Shown: positions 39,054-49,424 of the stretch, in pieces
Layout of the letters: each line of letters opens with the position of its first letter
Numbering within the stretch: position 1 is the first letter of the stretch
Notes under the pieces: model-generated
Seen by the model: only the letters and a program-made list of their open reading frames with translations
What the model was told of the DNA's origin: nothing
Databases searched by the model: none
From: Alphaproteobacteria bacterium
GTDB taxonomy: Bacteria > Pseudomonadota > Alphaproteobacteria > CALKHQ01
Assembly (NCBI GenBank): GCA_965227515.1
Contig: CBDDFZ010000002.1
Span: 288,001 to 352,000 of the forward strand
DNA length: 64,000 nt
Direction: 5' to 3'
Program-made: the position numbers and the translations under genes

Positions 39054-39899
39054 ATGGAATGCGGCATCATCGACCCGGTCGCGGTCGATCTGGGTTTCCT
39101 GCAGGTCCGCTGGTACGCGCTGGCCTACATCGTCGGCATCCTGATCGGCTGGCGCTATGTGGTCTGGCTGTCCAAGCAGCCGCCCCGGTTCATGGAGCAG
39201 CGCCAGGTCGACGACTTCCTGCTGTGGGCGACGCTTGGCGTCGTGCTGGGCGGCAGGCTGGGCTACGTGCTGTTCTACAAGCCCGGCTACTACCTGGAGA
39301 ACCCGGTCGAGATTCCGATGCTGTGGACCGGCGGCATGTCGTTCCATGGCGGCATGCTGGGCGTGGTGCTGGCGCTGGTGCTGTTCGCGCGCTACCGCAA
39401 GCTGCCGCTGATGCGGCTGGCCGACGCAGTGGCCTGCGCGGTGCCGATCGGGCTCTTCTTCGGCCGCGTCGCCAACTTCATCAACGGCGAGCTGTTCGGC
39501 CGCGCCAGCGATGTCTCCTGGGCCATCGTCTTCCCGTGTGATCCCGAGCAGGTGGCCCGCCACCCGAGCCAGCTCTATCAGGCGTTCCTGGAAGGCGTGG
39601 TGCTGCTGATCGTGCTGGCGGTGATCCGCTCCCGCTCCGAGGCGTGGCTGCGCCCGGGTGCGATGACCGGCATCTTCCTGATCGGCTATGGCATCGCGCG
39701 TATCATCGGCGAGTTCTTCCGCATGCCCGACGCGCACCTGGGCTTCCTGGTCGGCGACTTCCTGACCATGGGCATGATCCTGTCGCTGCCGATGATCGCG
39801 GTCGGCAGCTTCTTCGTCATGCGCGCCTATCGCCGCCCGGCGCTGGACCGCAACGCCGACACCACGCCCAGTGCCAAGTCAGGTGCCAAGAAAGCGTGA
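39054..39899 (+). CDS. lgt: Prolipoprotein diacylglyceryl transferase
   Basis: RWYALAY, GGRLGYVLFY, GGMSFHGG, GRVANFINGEL, RHPSQLY. Confidence 0.97.
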   Translation: MECGIIDPVAVDLGFLQVRWYALAYIVGILIGWRYVVWLSKQPPRFMEQRQVDDFLLWATLGVVLGGRLGYVLFYKPGYYLENPVEIPMLWTGGMSFHGGMLGVVLALVLFARYRKLPLMRLADAVACAVPIGLFFGRVANFINGELFGRASDVSWAIVFPCDPEQVARHPSQLYQAFLEGVVLLIVLAVIRSRSEAWLRPGAMTGIFLIGYGIARIIGEFFRMPDAHLGFLVGDFLTMGMILSLPMIAVGSFFVMRAYRRPALDRNADTTPSAKSGAKKA

Positions 39900-41005
39900 G
39901 CGCGCCCGGGTTCACGCCTGACCCGACCGACAACCCGCTGGCGGCGGCCATCGCCGTCGAGGTGGCGGCGAAGGGGCCGATGCGGCTCGACCGCTACATG
40001 GCGCGGGTGTCGGCCGGCGATGCTTGGGCGTACTACCGCACTCGCGCGGCGGTGGGCGCGGGCGGCGACTTCATCACCGCACCCGAGATCAGCCAGATCT
40101 TCGGCGAGCTGGTGGGTGCCTGGTGCGCCGACCGATGGCAGGCGATGGGCGCGCCGGACTCGGTGAGCCTGGTCGAACTCGGCCCCGGCCGCGGCGTGCT
40201 GATGGACGATGCGCTGCGCACGATACAGGCGGTCGCGCCGCCATGTGCCGATGCGGTGCGGCTGCACCTGGTGGAGCGCAGCGCGCCCCTGATCGAGATG
40301 CAACGCGCGAGACTGGGCAGCCGGTCGCCGGCATGGCACGACACGTTGGCCGATGTGCCGGCGGGCCCGGCCATCGTGGTCGCCAACGAGTTCGTCGATG
40401 CGCTGCCGATCCGCCAGTTCCGCAGCACCGACCAGGGCTGGCAGGAGAGGGCGGTCGGGCTCGGCGAGGGCGATGCGCTGCAGCTGGTCTGGGTGCCTGC
40501 CGACGCAAGCGACATGCCCGACCTGCCGGTCAGGGGCACGCCTGAAACGGGCACGGTCATCGAGGCAGCACCCGAGCGCGCGGCGCTGGTGGCCGAGATT
40601 GCCGCGCGCGTGTCAGCCGGCGACGGTGCGGCACTCATCGTCGACTATGGCTACCGGGCAAGCGGGCCGGGCGACAGCCTGCAGGCGGTGCGCGGCCACC
40701 AGCCGGCACGGGTGACCGACGACCCCGGCCGCGCCGACGTGACAGCCCATGTCGACTTCGGCGCATTGGCCCGCGCGGCGGCGGATGCCGGGGCGCGTGT
40801 CGACGGGCCGGTCGACCAGGGCCGCTGGCTGCTCAACCTGGGTGCCGCGGCGCGGCTGGAGGCGCTGGTCCGCGCCAACCCGGGCCAGGAGCAGGCGTTG
40901 CGCACCGGGCTGGAGCGGCTGGTCGACACCGACGAGATGGGCCATCTGTTCCAGGTGATGGCCGTGTCCGCGCCGAACCTGTCACCCGCACCCGGATTCA
41001 ATTGA
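39896..41005 (+). CDS. SAM-dependent methyltransferase, MidA/NDUFAF7 family
   Basis: GTG start overlapping the lgt stop; GDFITAPEISQIFGE, VELGPGRG, ANEFVDALP, ADVTAHVDF. Confidence 0.92.
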   Translation: MSAPGFTPDPTDNPLAAAIAVEVAAKGPMRLDRYMARVSAGDAWAYYRTRAAVGAGGDFITAPEISQIFGELVGAWCADRWQAMGAPDSVSLVELGPGRGVLMDDALRTIQAVAPPCADAVRLHLVERSAPLIEMQRARLGSRSPAWHDTLADVPAGPAIVVANEFVDALPIRQFRSTDQGWQERAVGLGEGDALQLVWVPADASDMPDLPVRGTPETGTVIEAAPERAALVAEIAARVSAGDGAALIVDYGYRASGPGDSLQAVRGHQPARVTDDPGRADVTAHVDFGALARAAADAGARVDGPVDQGRWLLNLGAAARLEALVRANPGQEQALRTGLERLVDTDEMGHLFQVMAVSAPNLSPAPGFN

Positions 41006-41020
41006 TGGGCTTCAACTGAG

Positions 41021-41806
41021 ATGGTGATCCACACCGCGGTGTCCGAGCTCTCTCAGGTGCTGGCCGAGACCGATGGCATCGCCCATGGCTTCTTCACCCG
41101 CATCGGCGGGGTCAGCGAGGGGATCTATGCGTCGCTGAATTGCGGCTACGGGTCGAAGGACGACCGGACTTGCGTTGGCGAGAACCGGCGCCGGGTCATG
41201 GCAGCCCTCGGCGCCAAGCGCGCCGAACCGGTGACGGTCTATCAGGTGCACGGCGCGGACGTGGTAGAGGTCGACGAGCCATGGCCGTGGGACGGTGCGC
41301 CCAAGGCCGATGGCATGGTGACCCGCCGGCCCGGCCTGCCGCTCGGCATCATGACCGCCGATTGTGCGCCGTTGCTGTTCGCCGATGCCCAGGCCGGCGT
41401 CGTCGGCGCCGCCCATGCCGGCTGGCGGGGCGCGCGGGCCGGGGTCGCGGAGGCGACCGTGGCGGCGATGGAGCGCCTGGGTGCCGCCCGCGGGAACATC
41501 GTCGTCGCTGTCGGCCCGACCATCGGCGTGGCGTCCTATGAGGTCGACACTGGTTTCCACCAGGCGTTCCTGGCCGACACGGCGGACAACGCCGCCTACT
41601 TCCAGCCGGGCGCGCGCGACGGGCATTGGCTGTTCGACCTGCCGCGCTATCTGGTCGACCGGCTGGAGCGCCTGGGCCTGGCGGCGGTGGAGCACTCCGA
41701 CAGCGACACCTATGCGGCGGCCGACCGCTTCTTCAGCTACCGCCGCACCACCCATGCCGGTGAGCCCGACTACGCCCGCCAGCTCTCCACCATCATGCTC
41801 GCCTGA
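41021..41806 (+). CDS. pgeF: PgeF/YfiH purine nucleoside phosphorylase-like protein
   Basis: HGFFTRIGGVS, QVHG, TADCAP, HAGWRG, FFSYRR. Confidence 0.93.
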   Translation: MVIHTAVSELSQVLAETDGIAHGFFTRIGGVSEGIYASLNCGYGSKDDRTCVGENRRRVMAALGAKRAEPVTVYQVHGADVVEVDEPWPWDGAPKADGMVTRRPGLPLGIMTADCAPLLFADAQAGVVGAAHAGWRGARAGVAEATVAAMERLGAARGNIVVAVGPTIGVASYEVDTGFHQAFLADTADNAAYFQPGARDGHWLFDLPRYLVDRLERLGLAAVEHSDSDTYAAADRFFSYRRTTHAGEPDYARQLSTIMLA

Positions 41807-41888
41807 CCACTTGTTGTTCACGAGTGGGCTTTGAGCCCGGCTGGGACTGCGCCATAATCGACATCGTCGGGTTATTGCGGGAAAGCCC

Positions 41889-43001
41889 ATGCTGGAGGTG
41901 TCTTACGATCCGGTCCTGGTCGCCGCCTCGATCGTCGTTGCCATCATGGCGGGGTTCACGTGCCTGCGGCTGACCAGCGGGCTGCGCGGCCTGAGCGCTG
42001 CGCGGCGCAAGTCCCGCATCGCGCAAGCGGCGGTGGCGCTGGGCGTCGGCATCTGGTCGATGCATTTCGTCGGCATGCTGGCGGTCTCGCTGCCGGTCGC
42101 CATCAGCTATGACGCGTTGCCCACCTTGGGTTCGGCCCTCATCGCGATCCTGGTCACCGGCGCGGGTTTCCTGACGCTGCATTTCGGCGCCCGCACCCGG
42201 GTGCGGGTGGTTGCGGCCGGGACGCTGACCGGCGCCGGCATCGTCGGCATGCACTATCTCGGCATGAGCGCGGTCTCCGGCAACTGCATCGTGGAATTCA
42301 GCGGCGTCGGCATCGCGGTGGCGTCGGCCATCGGCATCGGCGCTTCGATCCTGGCGCTGGCCCTGGCCTATCGAAAGCGCGCGCTGGCCGCGACCGTGAT
42401 CGGCGCGGTGGTCCTGGGGCTGGCGATCTCTGCCATGCACTATTCGGCGATGCTGTTCACCAGCTTCGCCGCCGCCGCCGAGACCATTTACGTGGCCGCG
42501 CCGAACCTGTCGGCGGGCGGGTTGGCGATGATCGTCGCCATCGCCGCGTTCGTGATCTGCGGCCTGTTCCTGCTGCTGGCGGTCACCGGACGGGAAGGCA
42601 CCGCGACCGTCGAGACGCCGGAAGCCGAGCCGCAGGCGGTGCCGGCAGCCGAAGACGACCCCGCACCGGCGTTCGCCAACCGCATTCCCTACCAGCGCGA
42701 CAACGCGATCCACTTCCTGACCGTGGAGCAGATTTCCGCGATCCGGGCCGACGGCCACTACTCGCGCATCCTGCACGGCGGGGCCGAGTTCTTCTGTCCG
42801 TGGCCGATCTCGCGGCTGGAGGCCGCGATCCAGTCGCCGTCGTTCCTGCGCACCCACCGCAGCTACATCGTGAACCTGGACCGGGTGATCGGCTTCAAGC
42901 GCGAATCCGACAAGGGCTTCTGCCTGATTGACGCCGAGAACCGCATCCCGGTCAGCCGCTCCCACATGCCCGAAGTGCAACGCGCCCTGGGATTCGTTTA
43001 G
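41889..43001 (+). CDS. MHYT-LytTR membrane sensor/regulator (CoxC/CoxH-like)
   Basis: Three MHY-type repeats (SMHF, GMHY, AMHY); LytTR motifs ADGHYS, FLRTHRSYIVN, IPVSR; directly upstream of coxMSL. Confidence 0.88.
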   Translation: MLEVSYDPVLVAASIVVAIMAGFTCLRLTSGLRGLSAARRKSRIAQAAVALGVGIWSMHFVGMLAVSLPVAISYDALPTLGSALIAILVTGAGFLTLHFGARTRVRVVAAGTLTGAGIVGMHYLGMSAVSGNCIVEFSGVGIAVASAIGIGASILALALAYRKRALAATVIGAVVLGLAISAMHYSAMLFTSFAAAAETIYVAAPNLSAGGLAMIVAIAAFVICGLFLLLAVTGREGTATVETPEAEPQAVPAAEDDPAPAFANRIPYQRDNAIHFLTVEQISAIRADGHYSRILHGGAEFFCPWPISRLEAAIQSPSFLRTHRSYIVNLDRVIGFKRESDKGFCLIDAENRIPVSRSHMPEVQRALGFV

Positions 43002-43012
43002 TGGAGTGTCAC

Positions 43013-43117
43013 TCAAGTCGGCACCGGCCCTCTCCCCCACCCGGCCGCCCCGCAATCATACTGTCGTCGGGTGGCCGGGTGGGGGAGAGGGCTGGCGCAG
43101 ACTTCAGCGTAAGCTGA
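43013..43117 (+). repeat. Structured palindromic repeat, family A, copy 2
   Basis: AAGTCGGCACCGGCCCTCTCCCCCACCCGGCC...GGCCGGGTGGGGGAGAGGGCTGGCGCAGACTT-CAGC-GTAA-GCTGA. Confidence 0.85.
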
Positions 43118-43169
43118 TCAAGAGAAATTCTACCCTCGCGTACGTACGTACGACCCGTACGTGCCGCGT

Positions 43170-43197
43170 TTCGTGCATCCCAGCCGCAGTTCGTGCA
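43170..43197 (+). promoter_or_regulatory. Direct repeat TTCGTGCA x2, candidate LytTR binding site
   Basis: Copies start at 43170 and 43190 (20-bp period) upstream of coxM; partial TCCGTGCA at 43242. Confidence 0.55.
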
Positions 43198-43313
43198 CGC
43201 CGCGCGCGCCACGGCAAAGGGTGCTGGCGGGGGTGCGACATTCCGTGCAGACTTGGCCCAACTGAGAACAGCAAGCCAGCAATGGCCAATGCGCAAACGG
43301 GAGGGCGCGGAAG

Positions 43314-44177
43314 ATGATTCCAGGCGCATTCGATTACCATCGGCCGGACAGCGTGGCCGATGCGGTCAAGCTGCTGACCGACCTGGGCGAGGATGCCCGG
43401 GTGGTGGCGGGTGGCCACAGCCTGATACCGATGATGAAGCTGAGGCTGGCGGTGCCGGCCCATCTGGTCGACCTGGCCGGTGTGTCGGGGCTGAGCGGCA
43501 TCGACGTCAGCGGCGGGACCGTGACCATCGGCGCGATGACCACCCAGGCCGAACTGATCGGCGACGGCGCGCTGGCCGGCGTCTGCCCGATCGTCCGCGA
43601 GACCGCATTGCAGATCGCCGACCCGCAGATCCGCAACCTTGGCACCCTGGGCGGCAATGTCGCCAATGGCGATCCCGGCAACGACATGCCGGCGTTGATG
43701 CAGACGCTGGACGCACAGTTCGTGCTGACCGGTCCCGGCGGCGAGCGCACGGTGGCGGCGCGCGACTTCTACGAGGGCGCGTTCGTGACCGCGCGCGCCG
43801 ACGACGAGATTTTGACCGCGATCCGCTTCAAGCACCCGCCGGCCGGTCACGGCTATGCCTACGAAAAGCAGAAGCGCAAGGTGGGCGACTACGCCACCGC
43901 CGCCGTCGCCGTGGTGCTGACCATGAGCGGCGGCCAGTGCGCGTCGGCGGCCATCGGGCTGACCAATGTCGGCGACACGCCACTGTTCGCCGCAGCGGCG
44001 TCCGACGCGTTGGTCGGCACGGCGGTCGATGACGAGGCCATCGCCAAGGCAGCCGAGGCCGCCATGGCGATCACCGATCCGGTATCGGACGGGCGCGGTC
44101 CCGCCGCCTACCGCACGCAACTGACCGGCGTTCTGGCGCGCCGCGCGATCGCGCGCGCCCGGTCGCTCGCCGGCTGA
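43314..44177 (+). CDS. coxM: Aerobic CO dehydrogenase medium (FAD) subunit
   Basis: [36 protein letters not shown]. Confidence 0.93.
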   Translation: MIPGAFDYHRPDSVADAVKLLTDLGEDARVVAGGHSLIPMMKLRLAVPAHLVDLAGVSGLSGIDVSGGTVTIGAMTTQAELIGDGALAGVCPIVRETALQIADPQIRNLGTLGGNVANGDPGNDMPALMQTLDAQFVLTGPGGERTVAARDFYEGAFVTARADDEILTAIRFKHPPAGHGYAYEKQKRKVGDYATAAVAVVLTMSGGQCASAAIGLTNVGDTPLFAAAASDALVGTAVDDEAIAKAAEAAMAITDPVSDGRGPAAYRTQLTGVLARRAIARARSLAG

Positions 44178-44190
44178 GGGGGGGCACCAC

Positions 44191-44682
44191 GTGAGCAACA
44201 TGCACGTCAAACTCACCGTGAACGGCAAGCCGGCCGAGGGCCTGGCCGAGCCGCGCACGCTGCTGATCCACTTCCTGCGCGAGCAGCTTGGGCTGACCGG
44301 CCCGCACATCGGCTGCGACACCGGCCATTGCGGCGCCTGCACCGTCGACCTGGACGGCAAGTCGGTGAAGTCCTGCATGGTGTTCGTCGCCCAGGCCAAT
44401 GGCGCCGAGGTGACGACCATCGAGGGCATCACCAATGCCGACGGCACCATGCACGCGATCCAGGAGGCGTTCCGCGAGCACCACGGATTGCAGTGCGGCT
44501 ATTGCACGCCGGGCATGATCACCCGCGCCTACCGGCTGTTGCAGGAGAACCCGAAGCCGAGCGAGGAGGACATCCGCCACGGCATCTCCGGCAACCTCTG
44601 CCGCTGCACCGGGTACCAGAACATCGTCAAGGCGATCATGGCCGCGGCCAATGCGCCGGAAGTCAAGGAGGCCGCGGAATGA
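44191..44682 (+). CDS. coxS: Aerobic CO dehydrogenase small (2Fe-2S) subunit
   Basis: [28 protein letters not shown]. Confidence 0.93.
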   Translation: MSNMHVKLTVNGKPAEGLAEPRTLLIHFLREQLGLTGPHIGCDTGHCGACTVDLDGKSVKSCMVFVAQANGAEVTTIEGITNADGTMHAIQEAFREHHGLQCGYCTPGMITRAYRLLQENPKPSEEDIRHGISGNLCRCTGYQNIVKAIMAAANAPEVKEAAE

Positions 44683-47096
44683 ACGCGCCGACACCGTCCG
44701 CCGAGCGTCTGGAGAAGCTCCAGGGGCTGGGCTGTAAGCGCAAGCGGGTGGAGGATGCCCGCTTCACCCAGGGCAAGGGCAACTACGTCGACGACATCAA
44801 GATGCCCGGCATGCTGTTCGGCGACTTCGTGCGCTCGCCGCACGGCCACGCCCGCATCAAGGGCATCGACAAGGAGGCGGCGCTGGCCGTCCCCGGCGTG
44901 GTCGCCATCCTGACGGCGGAGGACCTGAAGCCGCTGAACCTGCACTACATGCCGACACTGGCCGGCGACGTGCAGGCGGTGCTGGCCGACGACAAGGTGC
45001 TGTTCCAGGGCCAGGAGGTCGCGTTCGTCATCGCCGAGAACCGCTATGCGGCGGCCGACGCGGTCGAGCTGGTCGAGGTCGACTATGACGACCTGCCGGC
45101 CCTGGTCGACCCGGCCAAGGCGATGGACGCCGACGCACCGGTGCTGCGCGAGGACATCGCGGACAAGACCGAGGGCGCGCACGGCGCACGCAAGCACCAC
45201 AACCACATCTTCACCTGGGAGATGGGCGACGCGGCGGCAACCCAGCAGGCGCTGGACAACGCCGAGGTGGTGGCCGAGGAGAACATCACCTATCAGCGCG
45301 TCCACCCCTGCCCGCTGGAGACGTGCGGTTGCGTCGCCTCCATGGACAAGGTCAACGGCAAGCTGACCGTGTGGGGCACGTTCCAGGCGCCGCACGCGGT
45401 GCGCACCGTCGCCTCGCTGATCTCCCACATCCCGGAGCACAACATCCGCATCGTCTCGCCGGATATCGGCGGCGGTTTCGGCAACAAGGTCGGCGTCTAT
45501 CCCGGTTATGTCTGCGCCATCGTCGCCTCCATCGTCACCGGCGTGCCGGTGAAGTGGATCGAGGACCGGATGGAGAACCTGACCGCGACCGCGTTCGCCC
45601 GCGACTACCACATGGCTGGCAAGATCGCGGCGACCAAGGATGGCAAGATCACCGGGCTCTGGTGCCACGTGATCGCCGACCACGGCGCGTTCGATGCCTG
45701 CGCCGACCCGTCGAAGTTCCCGGCCGGCTTCTTCAACATCTGCACCGGCTCCTACGACGTGCCGGTGGCCTATATGTCGGTGGACGGCGTCTACACCAAC
45801 AAGGCGCCGGGCGGGGTCGCCTACCGTTGCTCGTTCCGGGTGACCGAGGCGTCGTACTTCATCGAGCGGATGATCGACGTGCTGGCCCGCAAGCTGGAGA
45901 TGGACCCGGCCGAACTCAGGCTGAAGAACTTCATCGCCAAGGACCAGTTCCCCTACACCTCCGCGCTGGGCTGGGAGTACGATAGCGGCGACTACCACAC
46001 CGCCATGGAACAGGCGCTGGCGGCGGTCGACTACAAGGGGCTGCGCGCCGAGCAGGCGGCCAACCGGCAGGCGTTCGCCGCGGGCAAGACCCGCAGCCTG
46101 ATGGGCGTCGGGGTCGCGTTCTTCACCGAGATTGTCGGTGCCGGCCCGGTGAAGAACTGCGACATTCTCGGCCTCGGCATGTTCGATAGCTGCGAGATCC
46201 GCATCCACCCCACCGGCAGCGCCATCGCCCGGCTCGGCACCATCAGCCAGGGCCAGGCCCACGCCACCACCTTCGCGCAGATCCTGGCGTCGGAGATCGG
46301 CATCCCCGCCGACAACATCACGGTGGAGGAGGGCGACACCGACACGGCGCCGTATGGTTTGGGCACCTATGGCTCGCGCTCGACCCCGGTGGCGGGTGCT
46401 GCGGCGGCGATGGCCGGCCGGAAGATTCGCGCCAAGGCCCAGATGATCGCCGCCTACCTGCTGGAGGTGCACGAGGACGACCTGGAATGGGACGTCGACC
46501 AGTTCCGGGTGAAGGGCAACCCGGAGAAGTTCAAGACCATGGCGGAGCTGGCGTTCGCCGCCTACAACCAGGCGATCCCCGGCGTCGAGCCGGGCCTGGA
46601 GGCGGTGAGCTACTACGACCCACCGAATATGACCTACCCGTTCGGCGCCTATATCTGCGTGCTCGACATCGACGTCGACACCGGGGTCACAGACGTCCGC
46701 CGCTTCTATGCGCTGGACGATTGCGGCACCCGCATCAACCCGATGGTGATCGAGGGGCAGGTGCACGGCGGCCTGACCGAGGCGCTGGCCATCGCCATGG
46801 GCCAGGAGATCGCCTACGACGAGATGGGCAACGTGCAGGGCTCGACCCTGCTCGACTTCTTCCTGCCGACGGCGGTGGAGACCCCGGCCTGGGAGACCGA
46901 CTTCACCGTTACCCCCTCGCCGCATCACCCCATCGGTGCCAAGGGCGTCGGCGAATCGCCCAATGTCGGCGGCGTGTCGGCGTTCTCCAACGCGGTGTGC
47001 GATGCGTTCGCCCACCTTGGGCTCACCCACACCCAGATGCCGCACGACCATTGGCGGGTGTGGACCGCCGCCGACAAGCTGGGGCTGCATGGCTAG
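44679..47096 (+). CDS. coxL: Form I aerobic CO dehydrogenase large (Mo-Cu) subunit
   Basis: Diagnostic AYRCSFR at 45819-45839; GTYGSRS; AKGVGESP; coxMSL gene order. Confidence 0.96.
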   Translation: MNAPTPSAERLEKLQGLGCKRKRVEDARFTQGKGNYVDDIKMPGMLFGDFVRSPHGHARIKGIDKEAALAVPGVVAILTAEDLKPLNLHYMPTLAGDVQAVLADDKVLFQGQEVAFVIAENRYAAADAVELVEVDYDDLPALVDPAKAMDADAPVLREDIADKTEGAHGARKHHNHIFTWEMGDAAATQQALDNAEVVAEENITYQRVHPCPLETCGCVASMDKVNGKLTVWGTFQAPHAVRTVASLISHIPEHNIRIVSPDIGGGFGNKVGVYPGYVCAIVASIVTGVPVKWIEDRMENLTATAFARDYHMAGKIAATKDGKITGLWCHVIADHGAFDACADPSKFPAGFFNICTGSYDVPVAYMSVDGVYTNKAPGGVAYRCSFRVTEASYFIERMIDVLARKLEMDPAELRLKNFIAKDQFPYTSALGWEYDSGDYHTAMEQALAAVDYKGLRAEQAANRQAFAAGKTRSLMGVGVAFFTEIVGAGPVKNCDILGLGMFDSCEIRIHPTGSAIARLGTISQGQAHATTFAQILASEIGIPADNITVEEGDTDTAPYGLGTYGSRSTPVAGAAAAMAGRKIRAKAQMIAAYLLEVHEDDLEWDVDQFRVKGNPEKFKTMAELAFAAYNQAIPGVEPGLEAVSYYDPPNMTYPFGAYICVLDIDVDTGVTDVRRFYALDDCGTRINPMVIEGQVHGGLTEALAIAMGQEIAYDEMGNVQGSTLLDFFLPTAVETPAWETDFTVTPSPHHPIGAKGVGESPNVGGVSAFSNAVCDAFAHLGLTHTQMPHDHWRVWTAADKLGLHG

Positions 47097-48006
47097 CCAG
47101 CCTCAGTCGGGTGGGGCGAATTGGCAGGGCGGCCCTGTCGAGGACCTCGCCGGCAAGCTGGCGGCGTGCGGCTACGTCGCCGACGAGACGATCGAGACCG
47201 CGCTCCGCCTGGCACTCGGTCTCGGCCGCCCACTGCTGCTGGAGGGCGAGGCCGGCGTCGGCAAGACCGAGGTGGCCAATGCGCTCGCGTCGGCGCTCGG
47301 CGCCCGGCTGATCCGCCTGCAGTGCTACGAGGGCCTGGACGCCAACGCCGCCATCTACGAGTGGAACTACCAGCGCCAGTTGCTGGCCATCAAGGCGCGC
47401 GAGCACGACGACGCAAGTTCGGAAGACGTGGAGGACCATGTGTTCTCCGAGCGCTATCTGCTGCGCCGTCCGCTGCTGGAAGCGATCAGCCGGCCCGACC
47501 CGCCGGTGCTGCTGATCGACGAGATCGACCGCGCCGACATGGAGTTCGAGGCCTATCTGCTGGAGGTGCTGGCCGACTTCCAGGTGACGGTGCCGGAGCT
47601 GGGGACCATCAAGGCCACCGCCAAGCCGGTGGTGATCCTGACCTCCAATGGCACCCGCGCGCTGTCCGACGCGCTCAGGCGGCGCTGCCTCTACACCTGG
47701 ATCGACTTTCCGTCGCCGGAACGCGAGCTTGAGATCGTGCGCCACCGGCTGCCCGATGTGGAGGCGGAACTCGCGGGCCAGATCGCGCGCTTCGTCGCCG
47801 CGTTGCGCCGCGAGGATTTGGACAAGGTGCCCGGCATCGCCGAGACGCTGGACTGGGCGGCCGCACTGACAGGGCTCGGCATCCGCACGCTGGACGGCGA
47901 CCCGGCAGCGGTGCAGGCAAGCCTGATCTGCCTGTTGAAGACCGAGACCGACCAGAAATCCGTCACGCCGGAGGTGACCGGCCGACTGATCGGCAAGGCG
48001 GCGTGA
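47089..48006 (+). CDS. coxD: MoxR-type AAA+ ATPase CoxD
   Basis: GEAGVGKT, IRLQCYEGLD, LLIDEIDR, ALRRRC. Confidence 0.9.
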   Translation: MASQPQSGGANWQGGPVEDLAGKLAACGYVADETIETALRLALGLGRPLLLEGEAGVGKTEVANALASALGARLIRLQCYEGLDANAAIYEWNYQRQLLAIKAREHDDASSEDVEDHVFSERYLLRRPLLEAISRPDPPVLLIDEIDRADMEFEAYLLEVLADFQVTVPELGTIKATAKPVVILTSNGTRALSDALRRRCLYTWIDFPSPERELEIVRHRLPDVEAELAGQIARFVAALRREDLDKVPGIAETLDWAAALTGLGIRTLDGDPAAVQASLICLLKTETDQKSVTPEVTGRLIGKAA

Positions 48007-48028
48007 CGCCTTCGAAAGACAATCAAAT

Positions 48029-48190
48029 TGTCGTCCTCGCCCTTGTGGCGAGGACCCATTCATGGGCAATGCGCCAGCGTGTGCCAATGCACGCTCGGTG
48101 CGGATTCGAACTGCATCAAGCTCGGAGTGTTACCTGCCCAAGTCGGGCTTGGCTCGTCCATGGGCCCTCGCCACAAGGGCGAGGGCGACG
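48029..48190. repeat. Long CGTC-type REP dimer / MITE-like element, family C, copy 1
   Basis: Terminal inverted hairpins GTCCTCGCC-CTTGT-GGCGAGGAC-CCA with a ~100-bp spacer; inside the cox operon; second copy at 55446-55602. Confidence 0.85.
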
Positions 48191-48232
48191 ATCTAGGTGT
48201 GCAAATACGGCGGCGCATTCTTGGGGTGCCGC

Positions 48233-49423
48233 ATGACCAGCCAGGAATCAGCTCCCGGCCCCCAGTCCATCGGCGGGCGCGCGGTGGGGTTCGTGCACCA
48301 TCTGCGCGACAACGGGTTTCGCGTCGGGCTGGCCGAGTGCGAGGCGGCACTGAAGGTGATCGGCGGTCAGGGCGCCGTGCCGCTGGCGACCGCTCGTCGG
48401 CACCTCAAGGCTCTGTTGACCGGCAGCGCGGAGGAATGGCAGCGCTTCGACGATCTGTTCGAGGCCTATTGGATGGGCCGCGGCCGCATCCACACCGTGA
48501 CCCGTACGGTGGGAGAGTTGCCGTCGGCATCCGGCGCGCAAGCCCCCGCGGTGTGGCAGCGCCATCTCGATGATGCGTGCGGCGCCACGCCGGACCTGCC
48601 GCAGGCCCGCGACGACGGCAGCGAAACCGACGCCGCCGAAGGCACCGGCCGGCTGGTCGCCTCCGGCCAGGCGGTGCGCAGCGGCACCGACTTCCGCCAT
48701 ATGACCGACCCGGCGGAGATCGCGGCGGCCGAGGCGGCGGCGCTCAGGCTGGCCCAAGCGATGCGCTATCGCCTGGCGCGGCGCTATCGCGCCAAACCGG
48801 GCGCGCCCAGGTTGGACCTGCGCCGCACCATCCGCCGCAACATCGCCCATGGCGGCGAGCCGATCCGCCTGGTCGGCCGCCACCGCCCGGACCAGCCGGT
48901 GCGCATCGTCGTGTTCCTCGACGTTTCCGGCTCCATGCAGCCTTATACACGGCCGTTCCTGCAGTTCGTGAAGGGGCTGGTCGGCGGCTGGGCGGACAGC
49001 GACGCCTATCTGGTCCACACCCGGCTGGTGCGGGTGACCGATGCCTTGCGCGACACCGACCCGATGAAGGCGATGGGCCGGCTGGCGCTTATGGCGGACG
49101 GCTTCGGCGGCGGCACCAGGCTTGCCGAGGCGCTGGCCACCTTCAACGGCGGCTATGCCCGGCGGGCGGTGAACAGCCGCACGGTGGCGTTGGTCATGAG
49201 CGACGGCTACGACACCGGCAGCCCGGAGCGGCTGGCCGACGAACTGGCCCGCCTGAAGCGCCGGGCGCGGCGGCTGGTCTGGCTCAACCCGATGCTGGGC
49301 TGGCGGGACTACCAGCCGGTGACGCGGGCGATGGCGGCCGCGCTGCCGCACATCGACCACTTCGCCGCCGCGCACACGCTGGATGCGCTGGCGGCGCTGG
49401 ACGCCGACCTGGAGAGGCTCTGA
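48233..49423 (+). CDS. coxE: VWA domain protein CoxE
   Basis: LDLRRTIR, MIDAS motif DVSGSM, GGGTRL, SDGYD, WLNP. Confidence 0.9.
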   Translation: MTSQESAPGPQSIGGRAVGFVHHLRDNGFRVGLAECEAALKVIGGQGAVPLATARRHLKALLTGSAEEWQRFDDLFEAYWMGRGRIHTVTRTVGELPSASGAQAPAVWQRHLDDACGATPDLPQARDDGSETDAAEGTGRLVASGQAVRSGTDFRHMTDPAEIAAAEAAALRLAQAMRYRLARRYRAKPGAPRLDLRRTIRRNIAHGGEPIRLVGRHRPDQPVRIVVFLDVSGSMQPYTRPFLQFVKGLVGGWADSDAYLVHTRLVRVTDALRDTDPMKAMGRLALMADGFGGGTRLAEALATFNGGYARRAVNSRTVALVMSDGYDTGSPERLADELARLKRRARRLVWLNPMLGWRDYQPVTRAMAAALPHIDHFAAAHTLDALAALDADLERL

Positions 49424-49424
49424 C

